DNA from: Thiorhodovibrio winogradskyi
GTDB lineage: Bacteria > Pseudomonadota > Gammaproteobacteria > Chromatiales > Chromatiaceae
Reading direction: 5' to 3'
Assembly (NCBI RefSeq): GCF_036208045.1
Contig: NZ_CP121472.1
Location: forward strand, 877,531-941,530
Length of the DNA: 64,000 nt
Position numbers and translations under genes: made by a program. Every line of letters starts with the position of its first letter. Position 1 is the stretch's first letter. This document shows, piece by piece, positions 39,224 through 49,828 of this stretch. The notes below the pieces were generated by a model, which saw only the letters and a list, made by a program, of their open reading frames with translations, was not told the DNA's origin and did not search any database.

Positions 39224-40125
39224 GACGCCTGCCCGCCCCTTGGAGGCATCGCTGGCGGCAGGGTTGTCGGCAAGACCGGCGGACCCATGGGCACCGCGGT
39301 CGTGCCAGCGCCGCTGAGCGGAGCGATGCGCCGTCCGACCATCAGCAGCGCCTCGGCGATGCCGGCGCGCAGGGTGGCGCGACTGATGACGTCATTGAAG
39401 CGAATGCCGAGCTTGGTCAGGGTCTGCGCCCCTTCCGGGCTGATGCCAGTCATCACGATGCGGGTGCCGAGCAGGCGCGCGGCGTCAATGGTTTTCATCA
39501 GATGCTGGGCCACGCTGGTGTCGAGCACTGGTACGCCGCTGAGGTCGAGGATGGTCACCCGCGCCTCGTACTGCACGATGGCTTCGAGCAGGCTCTCAGT
39601 GATCTGGCTGGCACGCTGAGTATCCACCACGCCAATCAAGGGCAGCAGCAGCACCTGGTGCCACAGGCGCAGCACTGGAGTGGACAACTCCATCAGCGAG
39701 GCGCTTTGGGCGTTGATCAGGCGTTCGCGCACGGCGGCAAAAGTCTCGAAGGTGAGTAGCGTCAGGGCATCGAAGACACGCTCGAAGCGCGCCAACGCGG
39801 TGCTCAATTCCGCCGGCGCCCGGGCGCCAATCTCGCGCAACAGCAGTTGCTTGAGGCCAAGCAGGGCCACGATGGGCTCGGTCGGGCTGCCACCGGTGCG
39901 CGCCGGCGCGGCCACCCAGGCGCGCAGCGCTTCGGTGAGCGCGGCGGGTGCCTCGGCCAGCGCGAAGGGCGGCTCGTGATCCTTGAGTTCCTTCATGATG
40001 GCCAGGTACAGGGGCGCGAGCAGTTCGCGTGTGTCGAGGCCGGTGGAACGAGTCGTGGCCGGGAGACCCTGCCGCCACTCATCGAGCAGCGCGGTGTCTT
40101 GCAATTGGTCGAAGAGGCTGGTCAT
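39220..40125 (-). CDS. RsbR-like stressosome sensor (N-terminal non-haem-globin-like/sensory domain + C-terminal STAS)
   Basis: 301 aa. The C-terminal STAS domain reads ...VPVLDTSVAQHLMKTIDAARLLGTRIVMTGISPEGAQTL. The N-terminal ~160 aa are helical. Confidence 0.7.
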   Translation of the reverse strand: MTSLFDQLQDTALLDEWRQGLPATTRSTGLDTRELLAPLYLAIMKELKDHEPPFALAEAPAALTEALRAWVAAPARTGGSPTEPIVALLGLKQLLLREIGARAPAELSTALARFERVFDALTLLTFETFAAVRERLINAQSASLMELSTPVLRLWHQVLLLPLIGVVDTQRASQITESLLEAIVQYEARVTILDLSGVPVLDTSVAQHLMKTIDAARLLGTRIVMTGISPEGAQTLTKLGIRFNDVISRATLRAGIAEALLMVGRRIAPLSGAGTTAVPMGPPVLPTTLPPAMPPRGGQAS

Positions 40126-40155
40126 GGGGCAAGCAAATAGGAGTTGGGAGTTAGG

Positions 40156-41433
40156 TTAAAACAGCTCGATCCGCGGTCCGCCGCCGCTTGGTTCGCCGCT
40201 GGCGCCGGCGGCCGGGCTGGCGGGGGCGTGCTGGGCTTCGCTTTCGAGGTATTCAACATGCAGTTCCATCAGACGTTCGGGCAGTTCGAGCAGGGCGGCC
40301 TGGGTGTTGCCGGTATGCACCAGCAGTTCGTTGCGTTTGTCAAGCATTTTGCGCACCCGGTCGAGGCGCTGGCCGACCACGTCCTGGAATTGCAGCACGC
40401 CGAGCATGTCTGCGATTTGCTCCGCTAGCCGTGTGTTGTGCTGGGTGACGACCGAGAACAAGGTCTTGTAGAACTGACGCATGTCCTCGTAATTGTTCTT
40501 CAGATGATTGACTGAGTCCACCACCTGGGTGGCTTGATCGAGTTGCTGGCTGGAATCATCGAGAAAGTTCAGTTGCAGGCTGCGCTCGACGCCGGCCAGT
40601 GCCCGGTTCAGGCCTTCCTCGATGGTGTCGGCGGCCGTGGTGGCACGCGCCGCCAGGGCGCGGATTTCCCCAGCGACCACGGCGAAGCCGCGCCCAGCGG
40701 CGCCGGCGCGGGCGGCCTCGATGGCGGCATTGAGCGCGATCAGGTTGGTTTGCTTGCTGATGTCCTTGATGGAGCCGGCCAGTCCCTCGAGTTGCTGGAT
40801 GTCTCCGACAATTTCGTGAATGGCTGCCATGTCGTGGCGGATCTTGGCCGGCAGTTCCTGTACGAAGCGCGCGATCTCGGTGATGTCCTCCACTCCGTGG
40901 CTGATGTCGTCCTCCATGGAGTGGGCGTCGAGGTTGGAAGTTCTGAGGTAATTCAGCAGAGTACTGGCGGCTTCATTAAGATTGGCGGCACGATCCACCA
41001 CGTCGAGCGCGGCGGTTTCGCTGTTGGTGACGGCCGCGGTGAGTTGTTCATCGACGGCACGGTCCATGGCGGCGGCCTGTAATAGACTCGCCGCACTGGC
41101 CTGATGAAATTGCTCGGTGTCCCGCAGAGCGGCGTCAAAGCCATCGAGCGCCTGTTTCATTGCGCCGGCGGTGCGGAAGTTCAGGCGAAAAAAGGCAAAG
41201 CCCGCGGTGAGGTTGATAGCGACCAGCAAGCTAACCACCAGCAGGCTTTGCAGCAGCCCGCGATCCAGACCCCAGCCGCTGGCAAGCGTGCCCAGCCAGT
41301 CGTGGGTGAGATAGACCAGCAGGCCGAGCAGTATCACCTCGACCAGGGTCATGGAGACGAGAATCTGGCGCAGCGCGCGGGTTTGGGACCGGGTGGCCTC
41401 GAGCAGCGACTGGCGGGGTTTGACGAACCGCAT
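40156..41433 (-). CDS. Methyl-accepting chemotaxis protein (2 TM helices, minimal periplasmic loop)
   Basis: 425 aa. The highly conserved hairpin tip reads ...[40 protein letters not shown]... Confidence 0.8.
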   Translation of the reverse strand: MRFVKPRQSLLEATRSQTRALRQILVSMTLVEVILLGLLVYLTHDWLGTLASGWGLDRGLLQSLLVVSLLVAINLTAGFAFFRLNFRTAGAMKQALDGFDAALRDTEQFHQASAASLLQAAAMDRAVDEQLTAAVTNSETAALDVVDRAANLNEAASTLLNYLRTSNLDAHSMEDDISHGVEDITEIARFVQELPAKIRHDMAAIHEIVGDIQQLEGLAGSIKDISKQTNLIALNAAIEAARAGAAGRGFAVVAGEIRALAARATTAADTIEEGLNRALAGVERSLQLNFLDDSSQQLDQATQVVDSVNHLKNNYEDMRQFYKTLFSVVTQHNTRLAEQIADMLGVLQFQDVVGQRLDRVRKMLDKRNELLVHTGNTQAALLELPERLMELHVEYLESEAQHAPASPAAGASGEPSGGGPRIELF

Positions 41434-41447
41434 CGACGCTCTGTGCC

Positions 41448-41822
41448 TCAGGCGCCAGGCAGCACTTGCTTAATGACTTTAATCAGGTCGGTGCCGCCGA
41501 CCGGCTTGACCAGCCAACCGGTGGCGCCGAGCTTTTTCGCCTCGTCGCGCTTACCCTGCTGGCTCTCGGTGGTAAGCGCCAGAATGGGGGTGAAACGAAA
41601 ACCGGGCAGGGCGCGGGCGTTGCGGATAAAGTCCATGCCGCCCATCTTTGGCATGTTGATGTCGGTGATGATCAGATCGGGTTTGGGGCCGCTTTTGAGT
41701 TTATCGAGCGCCTGTTGGCCATCGCTCGCTGTCTCTACCTTGAAGCCGCCCATTTCTAGGCTAGCTTTCAGGCTCATAACCATGGTGGCCGAGTCGTCAA
41801 CAACGAGAATTGTTTTTGCCAT
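41448..41822 (-). CDS. cheY: Chemotaxis response regulator CheY
   Basis: 124 aa with [24 protein letters not shown] and a KP motif. Confidence 0.85.
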   Translation of the reverse strand: MAKTILVVDDSATMVMSLKASLEMGGFKVETASDGQQALDKLKSGPKPDLIITDINMPKMGGMDFIRNARALPGFRFTPILALTTESQQGKRDEAKKLGATGWLVKPVGGTDLIKVIKQVLPGA

Positions 41823-42069
41823 GATTTGATGCTTCCTCTGTCAGGGTCGCGGTCAGCCAGTCGGCCAGCGGTTGACTTTCTGGCCAGGCGGCGATCTTGG
41901 GCCGCGCCGCCATCAGAACTTGCAGACTGGCGGCATGCACATGATCGCAGGCGGAGAGGTCGATACGCCCGCGCGGGTGCTTGAGCAGCCACTCGAGCAG
42001 CAGCTCGGCGTCCTCGACGCTGAGTTGCTCGCCCGCGCTCAGCTGATTGTCTTGGGTGGTGAAGGCCAT
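41797..42069 (-). CDS. Small STAS-domain-like protein within the che cluster
   Basis: 90 aa. The start is coupled to the cheA stop, and the 3' end overlaps the cheY start by 26 nt in another frame. Position matches the small hypothetical between cheY1 and cheA1 in V. cholerae cluster I. Confidence 0.55.
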   Translation of the reverse strand: MAFTTQDNQLSAGEQLSVEDAELLLEWLLKHPRGRIDLSACDHVHAASLQVLMAARPKIAAWPESQPLADWLTATLTEEASNHGKNNSRC

Positions 42070-44801
42070 TAAAGCAGCTCCGTCGGGTTCAAGACCAGCA
42101 GCACCGAGCCATCCCCGAGCAGCGCCGTGCCGGCATACCCGGGTAGGGTACCAAGAAATCCCTCGAGTGGCTTGAGGATAATATCCACGGTCTCCCGGCA
42201 GTCGTCGACGATGATGCCGAGTTCGTCCTGTTCGATGCGGGCGATGAGCACGGCAAGGGCGTCATCTTCGTTGGCCACGGGCGGAACATCAAGTCCGAGC
42301 AGGCTGTTAAGCTCCAGCAGCGGGATGACGCGTCCGCGCAGGACGGTGGTCTGGCGATGTTTGATGAGATGAATGTCCCGCCGCGCTACCCGCACCGTCT
42401 CGGCGACGGCTTCCATGGGCACGCCGAAACGCTGCCTGGCGGATTCGATGATCATGACATTGGTCACCGCCATGGACAGCGGCAGGGACAGGCGCAATTC
42501 GGTGCCCTTGCCGACCTGGCTGCGCAGATCGATGCTGCCTTTCACGCGCAGGATGGCGCTGCGCACAACGTCCATGCCGACGCCGCGCCCGGACAGGTCG
42601 CTGATCTTGGCGGCGGTGGACAGGCCGGGGGCAAAGATGAGATTGAGCGCTTCTTGTTCGTTCAGGCGCTCGGCGGTGGCCTCGTCGATCAGGCCTTTTT
42701 CATAGGCCTTGCGGCGGATGGCCTCGGCGTCGATGCCGCGCCCATCGTCGCGAATGGTGATCAAGACCCGGTCCGACAGCGGTTGGGCGCTGATCTCGAG
42801 TTTGCCGCCGCGCGGCTTGCCGGCGGCCTCGCGTTCCTCGGGCAATTCCAGGCCATGGTCCAGGCTGTTGCGCAGAATATGAATCATCGGCTCGGCCAGC
42901 GCCTCGATGATGTTCTTGTCGGCCTCGGTTGACTCGCCCTGCATCACCAATTCGACCTCCTTGCCGAGCTTGTGGGCGATGTCGCGCACCAGGCGCGGGA
43001 AGCGCTGGAAGATGAAGGACACCGGCAGCAGGCGCACCTGCATCATGGCGTCCTGCATTTCCTCGGCGATGCGATTGATGACGCTGTACTGGGTCTTGAT
43101 CTCGCGCGAGAGTTCGCGCACCCGGTAGTGCTCCTCGGCGCGACCGGCGAGATAGGGCAGCGCGTTCTTGGCCACCACCATCTCGCCCACCAGGCCCATC
43201 AGGCGATCGATCTTGACTTGATCGACCTTGAGGGTGCGCGGCGTGCCGGCTTGGTCCTCGGCGCGGCGGCCGAAGCGGACGGGTTCGTCGCTTGGGGTAG
43301 CGCCGGTGGCGGGGACAGGAGCAGCAGGTTGGCGGACGGATGGTGCCGCGGCATCCGCTGCCGATCCTGCTGGGGATTCCGCTGGTAATTCGGGCGGGCT
43401 ATCTATTGTGGGCAGCGCGAAGTCATGATGCGTCAGCCAATCGCGCAGCGGGGCTGAGTCGGCCTGTGCTTCGGCTTGGGCGGTGGCCTGCGCGAGTGCC
43501 TCCAGGGCCGACTCGGCACCGAGCGCGCGGCACAGGCCGTTCAGGCTGGCAGCGACGGCGCGTAGGCGCCCTTGGAACCAGTCCGGTCGCTCTTCCAGGG
43601 CAAGGATCTGGCGCTGAGCTGCCAGCGCTTGCTCCAGCGAATGGCGCCATTCCGGCGGCAGGCTGGCGATGGTCTCGGGCCCGGCGGCAGTGCGAGCGGC
43701 GCTGGGCGCCAGGCGGGCGTCATGGACCGGAGTGCCCAGGCAGTGGTGTTCGATGGCGCCGAGCAGGTCGCGCAGGCGTTCGCGGTTGTCGGGCTCCAGC
43801 TCTAGCACCAGCAGCAGCCAGCGCAGACCGGAAGCGATGCACAAATCGGGCGCCGAGAGTTCGAGCAAGGCGCGCGCGGCGCGTTGCAGGGCATCGGTCT
43901 GCCGGGCGTCGACCTGGGTCAGGGCGGCGCGAATGAAATTGGCCGTCATGGGGCCGTCATCGAGGCGGCCCTGGGGAAGTGGCAGTTGCTCGGGCTGGAT
44001 GGCCAGGATGCGCACCTGCTCCGGCACATAACGGAAGTGCTCGGCCAGTTCATCGGCGCTGCTCTCCAGCACCAGTTCGAAGCGCAGTACGCAGTGGTAG
44101 GCGTCGAGCTCGGCCAGGGCTGGCCAGGGCTCGCGCGCACTGATCCGGCGCCAGAGGGGCTCGGGCAGTTGGCTGATCTGGAAGAAGGGATCCTCACCCT
44201 TGAAGAAGGATTCGGCCTCGGGCTCGTAGACCAGGACATGGCAGGAGGCGCCGACAAGGATGCGGCGGTAGAGCGCCATGCGCGCGACTTCGGGTAGGGC
44301 GGCCAGGGTGGATTGGTCGGGGAGTGTCTCTGGTATTGGCGCGTCCTGGCCGGCTGCAGCCGGCGCATCTGGGCCGGCTGAATCCGGCCTACCGGCAGGC
44401 GGCGTGGACTGGAGATGGGCGCGCAGGGCGGCGGCCAGTTGGGTGGCGGGTTCGGCCTGCCAGCCGGGATCGGGGAGGCTGGCGCTGTCGCCATCGCCGA
44501 TTTCATCGAACATGGCGGCGACAAAGTCCATCGCCTCCAGTAGTTGATCGGCCAGGGCGGCGCTGAAGGGCTGTTTGCCATCGCGCACGGCGTCGAGCAG
44601 ATCCTCGCCGGCGTGCAGCACCCGGGTCATCTGTGGCAGCTCGAACAGGCCGCTGTTGCCTTTGAGGGTGTGCACAAAGCGGAAGAGCTCGTCCATCACG
44701 CCGGGATCATCGGGCGCGCGCTCAAGGTGCAGCAGTTTCTCGCTGATGCCTTCGAGCAGCTCGCGGCCTTCGCTTTGGAATTGGTCGAGTAGCGGATTCA
44801 T
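42069..44801 (-). CDS. cheA: Chemotaxis histidine kinase CheA (long low-complexity linker after the Hpt domain)
   Basis: 910 aa: Hpt (FRFVHTLKGNSGLFEL), dimerisation domain, HATPase, and a C-terminal CheW-like domain. Confidence 0.9.
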   Translation of the reverse strand: MNPLLDQFQSEGRELLEGISEKLLHLERAPDDPGVMDELFRFVHTLKGNSGLFELPQMTRVLHAGEDLLDAVRDGKQPFSAALADQLLEAMDFVAAMFDEIGDGDSASLPDPGWQAEPATQLAAALRAHLQSTPPAGRPDSAGPDAPAAAGQDAPIPETLPDQSTLAALPEVARMALYRRILVGASCHVLVYEPEAESFFKGEDPFFQISQLPEPLWRRISAREPWPALAELDAYHCVLRFELVLESSADELAEHFRYVPEQVRILAIQPEQLPLPQGRLDDGPMTANFIRAALTQVDARQTDALQRAARALLELSAPDLCIASGLRWLLLVLELEPDNRERLRDLLGAIEHHCLGTPVHDARLAPSAARTAAGPETIASLPPEWRHSLEQALAAQRQILALEERPDWFQGRLRAVAASLNGLCRALGAESALEALAQATAQAEAQADSAPLRDWLTHHDFALPTIDSPPELPAESPAGSAADAAAPSVRQPAAPVPATGATPSDEPVRFGRRAEDQAGTPRTLKVDQVKIDRLMGLVGEMVVAKNALPYLAGRAEEHYRVRELSREIKTQYSVINRIAEEMQDAMMQVRLLPVSFIFQRFPRLVRDIAHKLGKEVELVMQGESTEADKNIIEALAEPMIHILRNSLDHGLELPEEREAAGKPRGGKLEISAQPLSDRVLITIRDDGRGIDAEAIRRKAYEKGLIDEATAERLNEQEALNLIFAPGLSTAAKISDLSGRGVGMDVVRSAILRVKGSIDLRSQVGKGTELRLSLPLSMAVTNVMIIESARQRFGVPMEAVAETVRVARRDIHLIKHRQTTVLRGRVIPLLELNSLLGLDVPPVANEDDALAVLIARIEQDELGIIVDDCRETVDIILKPLEGFLGTLPGYAGTALLGDGSVLLVLNPTELL

Positions 44802-45172
44802 GACGCGGGCCCCTCACCAAGCAGCAGACGGACATGGGCAAGCAGTTGATCGGGCCGCGCCGGCTTGACTAGGTAAAGATTGGCGCCGCTCTCGAAACCG
44901 CGACGCTGGTCGCTCTCCTCGGCTTCGGTGGAGATCATGATGGCCGGAGCCTGGGGGATGTCGCGCCCGCGCAGTTCGCGCAGAAAACCGTAGCCGTCGA
45001 GCTTGGGCATGTTGATGTCGACCAGGTAAAGGTCGAAAGGCCCCTCGGCGACGCGCTCCAGGGCCTCGAGCCCATTGATGGCCTCGCTGACCTCGAACCC
45101 GGCCGCCTCGAGAATCTCGCGGTGGTAGAGCCGCACGGTGGCGGCGTCGTCGATGACTAGGATGCGTTTCAT
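44798..45172 (-). CDS. cheY: CheY-like response regulator
   Basis: 124 aa: MKRILVIDDAATVR...DLYLVDINMPKLDG...KP. Confidence 0.85.
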   Translation of the reverse strand: MKRILVIDDAATVRLYHREILEAAGFEVSEAINGLEALERVAEGPFDLYLVDINMPKLDGYGFLRELRGRDIPQAPAIMISTEAEESDQRRGFESGANLYLVKPARPDQLLAHVRLLLGEGPAS

Positions 45173-46032
45173 CGTGCCCCCCAGGGTTTCTGATACACAA
45201 TGGCTTCGGGGAACTTGCGCACCCGAAACAGGGAGGAAATGCGGCTCATGGATTCCGAATGCCCCAGGCAGATGAAGCCGCCGGGATTGAGCGCGTCATA
45301 AAAGGATTCGGCGGTCTGTTTGCGCGACAGGTCGTCAAAGTAAATCAGCAGGTTGCGACAGAAGATGACATCAAAATCGCGATGCAGACGCATGTCGGCG
45401 GGATCCGTGACATTGGCGCGGGTGAATTCCACCACCTCGCGCAGGCTGTCGACGATCTGATAGTGGTCACCCCGGCGGCGGAAGTATTTGGCCAGCAGGT
45501 TGGCCGGCAGATGCTGCACCGAGCGCGCGGAGAAATGGCCCTCGCGGGCGGCGGTGAGAATGCTGGTGTCGATGTCCGAGGAGAGGATTTCGATATCGAC
45601 CTGGTCGATTTGTGGCCAATGTTCCAGCAGATAGATGGCGATGCCATAGGGCTCCTCGCCCGAGGAGGATGGCACCGACCAAATCCTGATCGGGCGCTTG
45701 CTGTCGCCGCGGCGGGCGACGATTTCGGCCAGCATGGAGTTGACCAGGCAGGTGAACTGATACTCCTCGCGAAAGAAGTAGGTCTCGTTCACCGTCATGG
45801 CGTTGATCAGGGTTTGCAGCTCGGTGCCCGCGGCCTGAAAGCGCACCATGGTGAAGTAGGCGCGAAAGCTATCGCTCTGCGTGGCTTCCATGCGCTCGAG
45901 CAGGCGTTTGTCGACGAAATAGCGCTTGCTGTCCTCGAACAGGATGCCGGTCTTGCGATAGAAGAATTCGCGAAACTTGCGGAAGTCTTCGTCGCTGATG
46001 GCGAGGGGCAGGCTCACGGGGTTGGCACTCAT
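45169..46032 (-). CDS. cheR: Chemotaxis protein methyltransferase CheR
   Basis: 287 aa, CheR N- and C-domains (IRIWSVPSSSGEEPYGIAI...VIFCRNLLIYFD). Confidence 0.9.
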   Translation of the reverse strand: MSANPVSLPLAISDEDFRKFREFFYRKTGILFEDSKRYFVDKRLLERMEATQSDSFRAYFTMVRFQAAGTELQTLINAMTVNETYFFREEYQFTCLVNSMLAEIVARRGDSKRPIRIWSVPSSSGEEPYGIAIYLLEHWPQIDQVDIEILSSDIDTSILTAAREGHFSARSVQHLPANLLAKYFRRRGDHYQIVDSLREVVEFTRANVTDPADMRLHRDFDVIFCRNLLIYFDDLSRKQTAESFYDALNPGGFICLGHSESMSRISSLFRVRKFPEAIVYQKPWGAR

Positions 46033-46038
46033 GTGACC

Positions 46039-46662
46039 TCAGTCCGCGCGCACGCGCTTGAGCGCGAGATCGGCGGCGAATTGAATGTAGGGCTCGTCGC
46101 CGAAGCGGTCCTTGAGCGCGTGCAGGGCGGGAACAGCCTTCTCCGAGCCGACCTCGCCGAGCAGATCGACGGCGGTGGCGCAGACGTTGACATGGGCGTC
46201 CTCGGCGATGACCCGGATCAACCACTCCTCGACCTGGGGGTGGCGCAGGGACTCAAGGACATTGACGGCGAAGATGCGCACGTCCGGGTCCGGGTCCACC
46301 AGCAGCCGGCCCATCCAGGGCGCGACTTCGTCGGGCAGTTGCTTCATCGCCTCGATGGCGGCATTGCGCAACATGGTGTTGTCGCTGCGCAGGCAATCGG
46401 TCAGGCCGGCCACCGCGCGCTCATCGCCGATGCGGGTGAGGCTGGTGAGTATCACCTCGATCACGCTGGGTTCGCTTTCAACCGCCAGTCGGTCCACCAG
46501 GCCGCTGGATGCCTCCGGCAGCCCGGCCAGATCGCGCGCTGCCCAACGCCGGGCGAGCGGGTCCGGATCAGCCAATGCCGTCAGCAACCCTGGCAGATCG
46601 CGCGGGCGCTGCCGCTCATCAGCGCTGGCGGCGGCGTTGGAGGTGGTTTTTTTCAGGGCCAT
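46039..46662 (-). CDS. HEAT-repeat protein
   Basis: 207 aa of repeated ...D.D..VR..A..AL helical-repeat units. Sits between cheR and cheB, as in F9-type clusters. Confidence 0.7.
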   Translation of the reverse strand: MALKKTTSNAAASADERQRPRDLPGLLTALADPDPLARRWAARDLAGLPEASSGLVDRLAVESEPSVIEVILTSLTRIGDERAVAGLTDCLRSDNTMLRNAAIEAMKQLPDEVAPWMGRLLVDPDPDVRIFAVNVLESLRHPQVEEWLIRVIAEDAHVNVCATAVDLLGEVGSEKAVPALHALKDRFGDEPYIQFAADLALKRVRAD

Positions 46663-46788
46663 AGGGGCGTCCCCAGTTGAATATTATTCGCGTCAATCCA
46701 TCAAAAGAATGAGAACTTTGGTATCAGCTAGCGATCCCGCTACCCTCGTTCCCACGTTCCAGCGTGGGAGCCAGGAATTCGCCCCTAC

Positions 46789-47877
46789 TCATGACCGCGC
46801 TGCCCAAATCTGAATCTGCCCGGCGATGCGCTCGGCGGGCAGGGTCAGGGTGGCGCCGCCGCGTTCAATCAACTCCGCTGGCATGCCAAAGACCACGGCG
46901 GTTTCGGCGGATTCGGCGATGGTGCGGGCACCACGCTTTTTCAGTTCAGCGAAAGCATCGGCGCCGTCATAGCCCATGCCGGTGAGCATCACGGCAATCA
47001 ACCGCGCCGGATCACAGTGCTCGAGGGCCGAGCGGCCGAGCAGCTCCACCGAGGGATGCCACAGGAAATCGGGATTCTCCGGGCGCACCAAGACGGTCAA
47101 TTGGCCGTTGCGACGCGCCAGCAGCAGGTCGGCGCCACCGCGTCCTATGTAAATATTGCCGGGTTCGACCGGTGTGGGGCGGTTGACTTCGGACACGCTC
47201 AGGGCGCACAGAGCGTCCATACGCTCGGCGAATGGCCGGGTGAAGCTCGGCGGCATGTGCTGAGCGACCAGCACCGGCAGCGGAAAGTCGGCTGGCAGCA
47301 GCGGCAGAATGTCCTCGAGCGTGCGTGGTCCACCGGTGGAGACGCCAATCAGGACCAGGGCATCGGCTTGGCCGCTGCCGCGCCTGACGATGCCACGCGC
47401 GGCGGACTCGCGCTCGGGTGCGCGGGTGACCTTGGTGTTGGAACCGCCGCGAATCCGCGCGGCCAGGCCGCGACTGGTGCGCAGTTTCGCCCGCGCGGCG
47501 GCACGCACCTTGGCGATGACCTCCTGTTCGATCTTCACCATCGACAAGGAGATGGTGCCGTCAGGCTTGGGGATGTAATCCACCGCGCCCAGGTTCATGG
47601 CCTCAAGCGTGGCCATGGCGCCCTTCTCGGTGAGCGAGGAGACCATGACCACGGCGACCGGGCGCTGCGCCATCAGCAGGGACAGCGCCGTCAGCCCGTC
47701 CATCTCCGGCATGTTGATGTCGAGGGTAATGACATCGGGCTCGAAGGCAAGATTCTCCTCCACCGCCTCGCGCCCGTTGCGCGCGAGACGAATCTCGAAG
47801 TCGCCCTCGGCCTGGAAGATGGTATTGAGCTGGCGGCGCATCAGCGCCGAGTCATCGACGATCAGGAGCTTAATCAT
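46789..47877 (-). CDS. cheB: Chemotaxis methylesterase/deamidase CheB (REC + methylesterase)
   Basis: 362 aa: MIKLLIVDDSALMRRQL...DVITLDINMPEMDG, with the C-terminal esterase domain (GASTGGP...). Confidence 0.9.
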   Translation of the reverse strand: MIKLLIVDDSALMRRQLNTIFQAEGDFEIRLARNGREAVEENLAFEPDVITLDINMPEMDGLTALSLLMAQRPVAVVMVSSLTEKGAMATLEAMNLGAVDYIPKPDGTISLSMVKIEQEVIAKVRAAARAKLRTSRGLAARIRGGSNTKVTRAPERESAARGIVRRGSGQADALVLIGVSTGGPRTLEDILPLLPADFPLPVLVAQHMPPSFTRPFAERMDALCALSVSEVNRPTPVEPGNIYIGRGGADLLLARRNGQLTVLVRPENPDFLWHPSVELLGRSALEHCDPARLIAVMLTGMGYDGADAFAELKKRGARTIAESAETAVVFGMPAELIERGGATLTLPAERIAGQIQIWAARS

Positions 47878-48115
47878 TTTTAGGGATTAGGGGCGAGGGG
47901 TTAGGGGCTGGTGGTTAGGGGCTGGTGGTTAGTAATGATTGGCTAGGGGCTGGATAGATTCGATAGTCGGTTGTTGTGTTTAACGATTCAGGAAAATACT
48001 TGATGGCAAAGGTGTTGCGCGAAAGAAGAAGCCTGCATTCATTATCCGCATCAGCCGAGCACTGCCAACTGACCCCTCGGCTCTTAGCACTCGCCCCTAA
48101 CCCCTCGCCCCTGCT

Positions 48116-49747
48116 TCACCCCCCAATCGCCGCGAGCTGATCACGCTGATCATCGCCAATCAGCCACGCCGGCTCGATCAACTGAATCATGCGATTGCTC
48201 TTCTCTAGATTGGCCACACGAGCGAGCAGACGGGCCTGTTCGGGCGAGAGCTGCGGCGAGGGCTCGATGGCGGATTTGGGAATCTTGAGCACCTCGGCGA
48301 CCGAGTCGACGATGAAGCCGGTGCGCAAGCCATTGAGCAGGAACACCATGATGCGCTGGCGGTCGTTGCGCTCGGCCTTGGCCAGACCGAAGCGGCGGCG
48401 TTGGTCGATGACCGGCAGCACGGCGCCACGCAGATTGATCACGCCCTCGACAAAGCTCGGCGCCTTGGGTACATGGGTGAGTTGCTCGGGCACGCGCACG
48501 ATTTCCTGCACGCTGGCGATGGGCACACCGTATTCCTCCTTGTCGAGGCGGAACACCACCACTTGCTCCTCGTCGTCATTGTCGTTGTCGCCGGTGTCGA
48601 GGTCTTCGTCCAGCGTGCTGTCGTCCTCGCGCATTTGCTCCACGGTTTCCAGGGCCTCCTGAACGCTTTCATGACGGAAGAGATGGTCGGTCGAGACGAT
48701 GGAGACCAGCCGCTTGCCGTCATCGAGGCGGCAGATCTCGCCGATCTCGGCCACGTCGGCCGAGGCGGCCATCAAGCGCGGCATGGGATCGACCGCCGAA
48801 CGGGCCACGCGCAGCACTTCGTTGACGCAATCCATGGCGAGACCAACCGAGACCTCGCCCAGGCGAATCACCAGGATGCGGCTGTGCTCGTCGGCGTCGC
48901 GCGCCGGGAGGCCGAACAGGCAGCGCAGGGAGACCAGCGGCAGCAGGCGGTTGCGCAGCGTCATGACCCCCAGCACATGGGCCTCGGCGCGCGGAACGCG
49001 CACCAGGGTCTCGGGGAACTGCACGATTTCCTGCACGTTCTCGATAGGGACGGCGTACTCCTGCTCGGCCACCTCGAAGCTGACCAGTTGCAGCTCGTCG
49101 CTGTTTTCATCCTCGTCGCCGGTGGCGTCATTCGCGTCCAGGCCGGCAGCGACGCCGGGGCCGCCATGCTGTTTCGCGGCGGCGGCGATGGCGGCGAATT
49201 CATTGGCGATCAGCGCCTCGAAGTCCATCACCATGACCATGGGGTAGCCGCCAGCATCCTTGAGCAGCCCGGCGAGTAGATCGGTGCGCACCGTGGTGGT
49301 CAGGGCGCCGACATCCTGAATGCGAGCGGTTTCGACGCCAACCACGCTGGCGACGCGATCCACCACGAAGCCGAGCGGCTGGCCAAGGTCGATGACCAGG
49401 GCGCGGGTGGAGTCGTCGGCGTCGCGCTCGGGGAAGCCGAACAGCCGCCGCAGGCTGATGATGGGCAGCACCTTGCCGCGCAGATTGGCTAGCCCTTCCA
49501 GGGTGGGCGGAGCCAGGGGTACGCGCACCACGTCCGGCACGCGGATGATTTCCTGCACCGGGGTCATGTCGACGGCGAAGATTTCCTCGCCGCATAAAAA
49601 GATGACGAATTGGCGGATGTCGCTGTCGTTCAGGTCCGGGTCGGTGGCCGGGTTGGATTCCGGGCTGGATTCCGGGGTGGGAACCGCGACCGGGGGGGCG
49701 CTGGCCTCGGCGGCGGTGGCGACGGTGTCGAGCGTCTCGTTGCTCAT
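48116..49747 (-). CDS. cheW: Chemotaxis coupling protein with three tandem CheW domains
   Basis: 543 aa containing three repeats of the CheW-like pattern (...F..GEE.FA.....V.EI........P.AP..V.GV.NLRG..LPV.....). Confidence 0.85.
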   Translation of the reverse strand: MSNETLDTVATAAEASAPPVAVPTPESSPESNPATDPDLNDSDIRQFVIFLCGEEIFAVDMTPVQEIIRVPDVVRVPLAPPTLEGLANLRGKVLPIISLRRLFGFPERDADDSTRALVIDLGQPLGFVVDRVASVVGVETARIQDVGALTTTVRTDLLAGLLKDAGGYPMVMVMDFEALIANEFAAIAAAAKQHGGPGVAAGLDANDATGDEDENSDELQLVSFEVAEQEYAVPIENVQEIVQFPETLVRVPRAEAHVLGVMTLRNRLLPLVSLRCLFGLPARDADEHSRILVIRLGEVSVGLAMDCVNEVLRVARSAVDPMPRLMAASADVAEIGEICRLDDGKRLVSIVSTDHLFRHESVQEALETVEQMREDDSTLDEDLDTGDNDNDDEEQVVVFRLDKEEYGVPIASVQEIVRVPEQLTHVPKAPSFVEGVINLRGAVLPVIDQRRRFGLAKAERNDRQRIMVFLLNGLRTGFIVDSVAEVLKIPKSAIEPSPQLSPEQARLLARVANLEKSNRMIQLIEPAWLIGDDQRDQLAAIGG

Positions 49748-49828
49748 GGGATTCTCCCGCGCTATCAGGGTTGACCTTCAGGTTGCCTTCAGGGTCTGGC
49801 GGTGGGACCGTGAGGCCCCAGCGCGGGT

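Noticed and set aside
45259-46680. 473-aa plus-strand ORF
   Set aside because: Antisense of cheR and the HEAT-repeat gene; no motifs.
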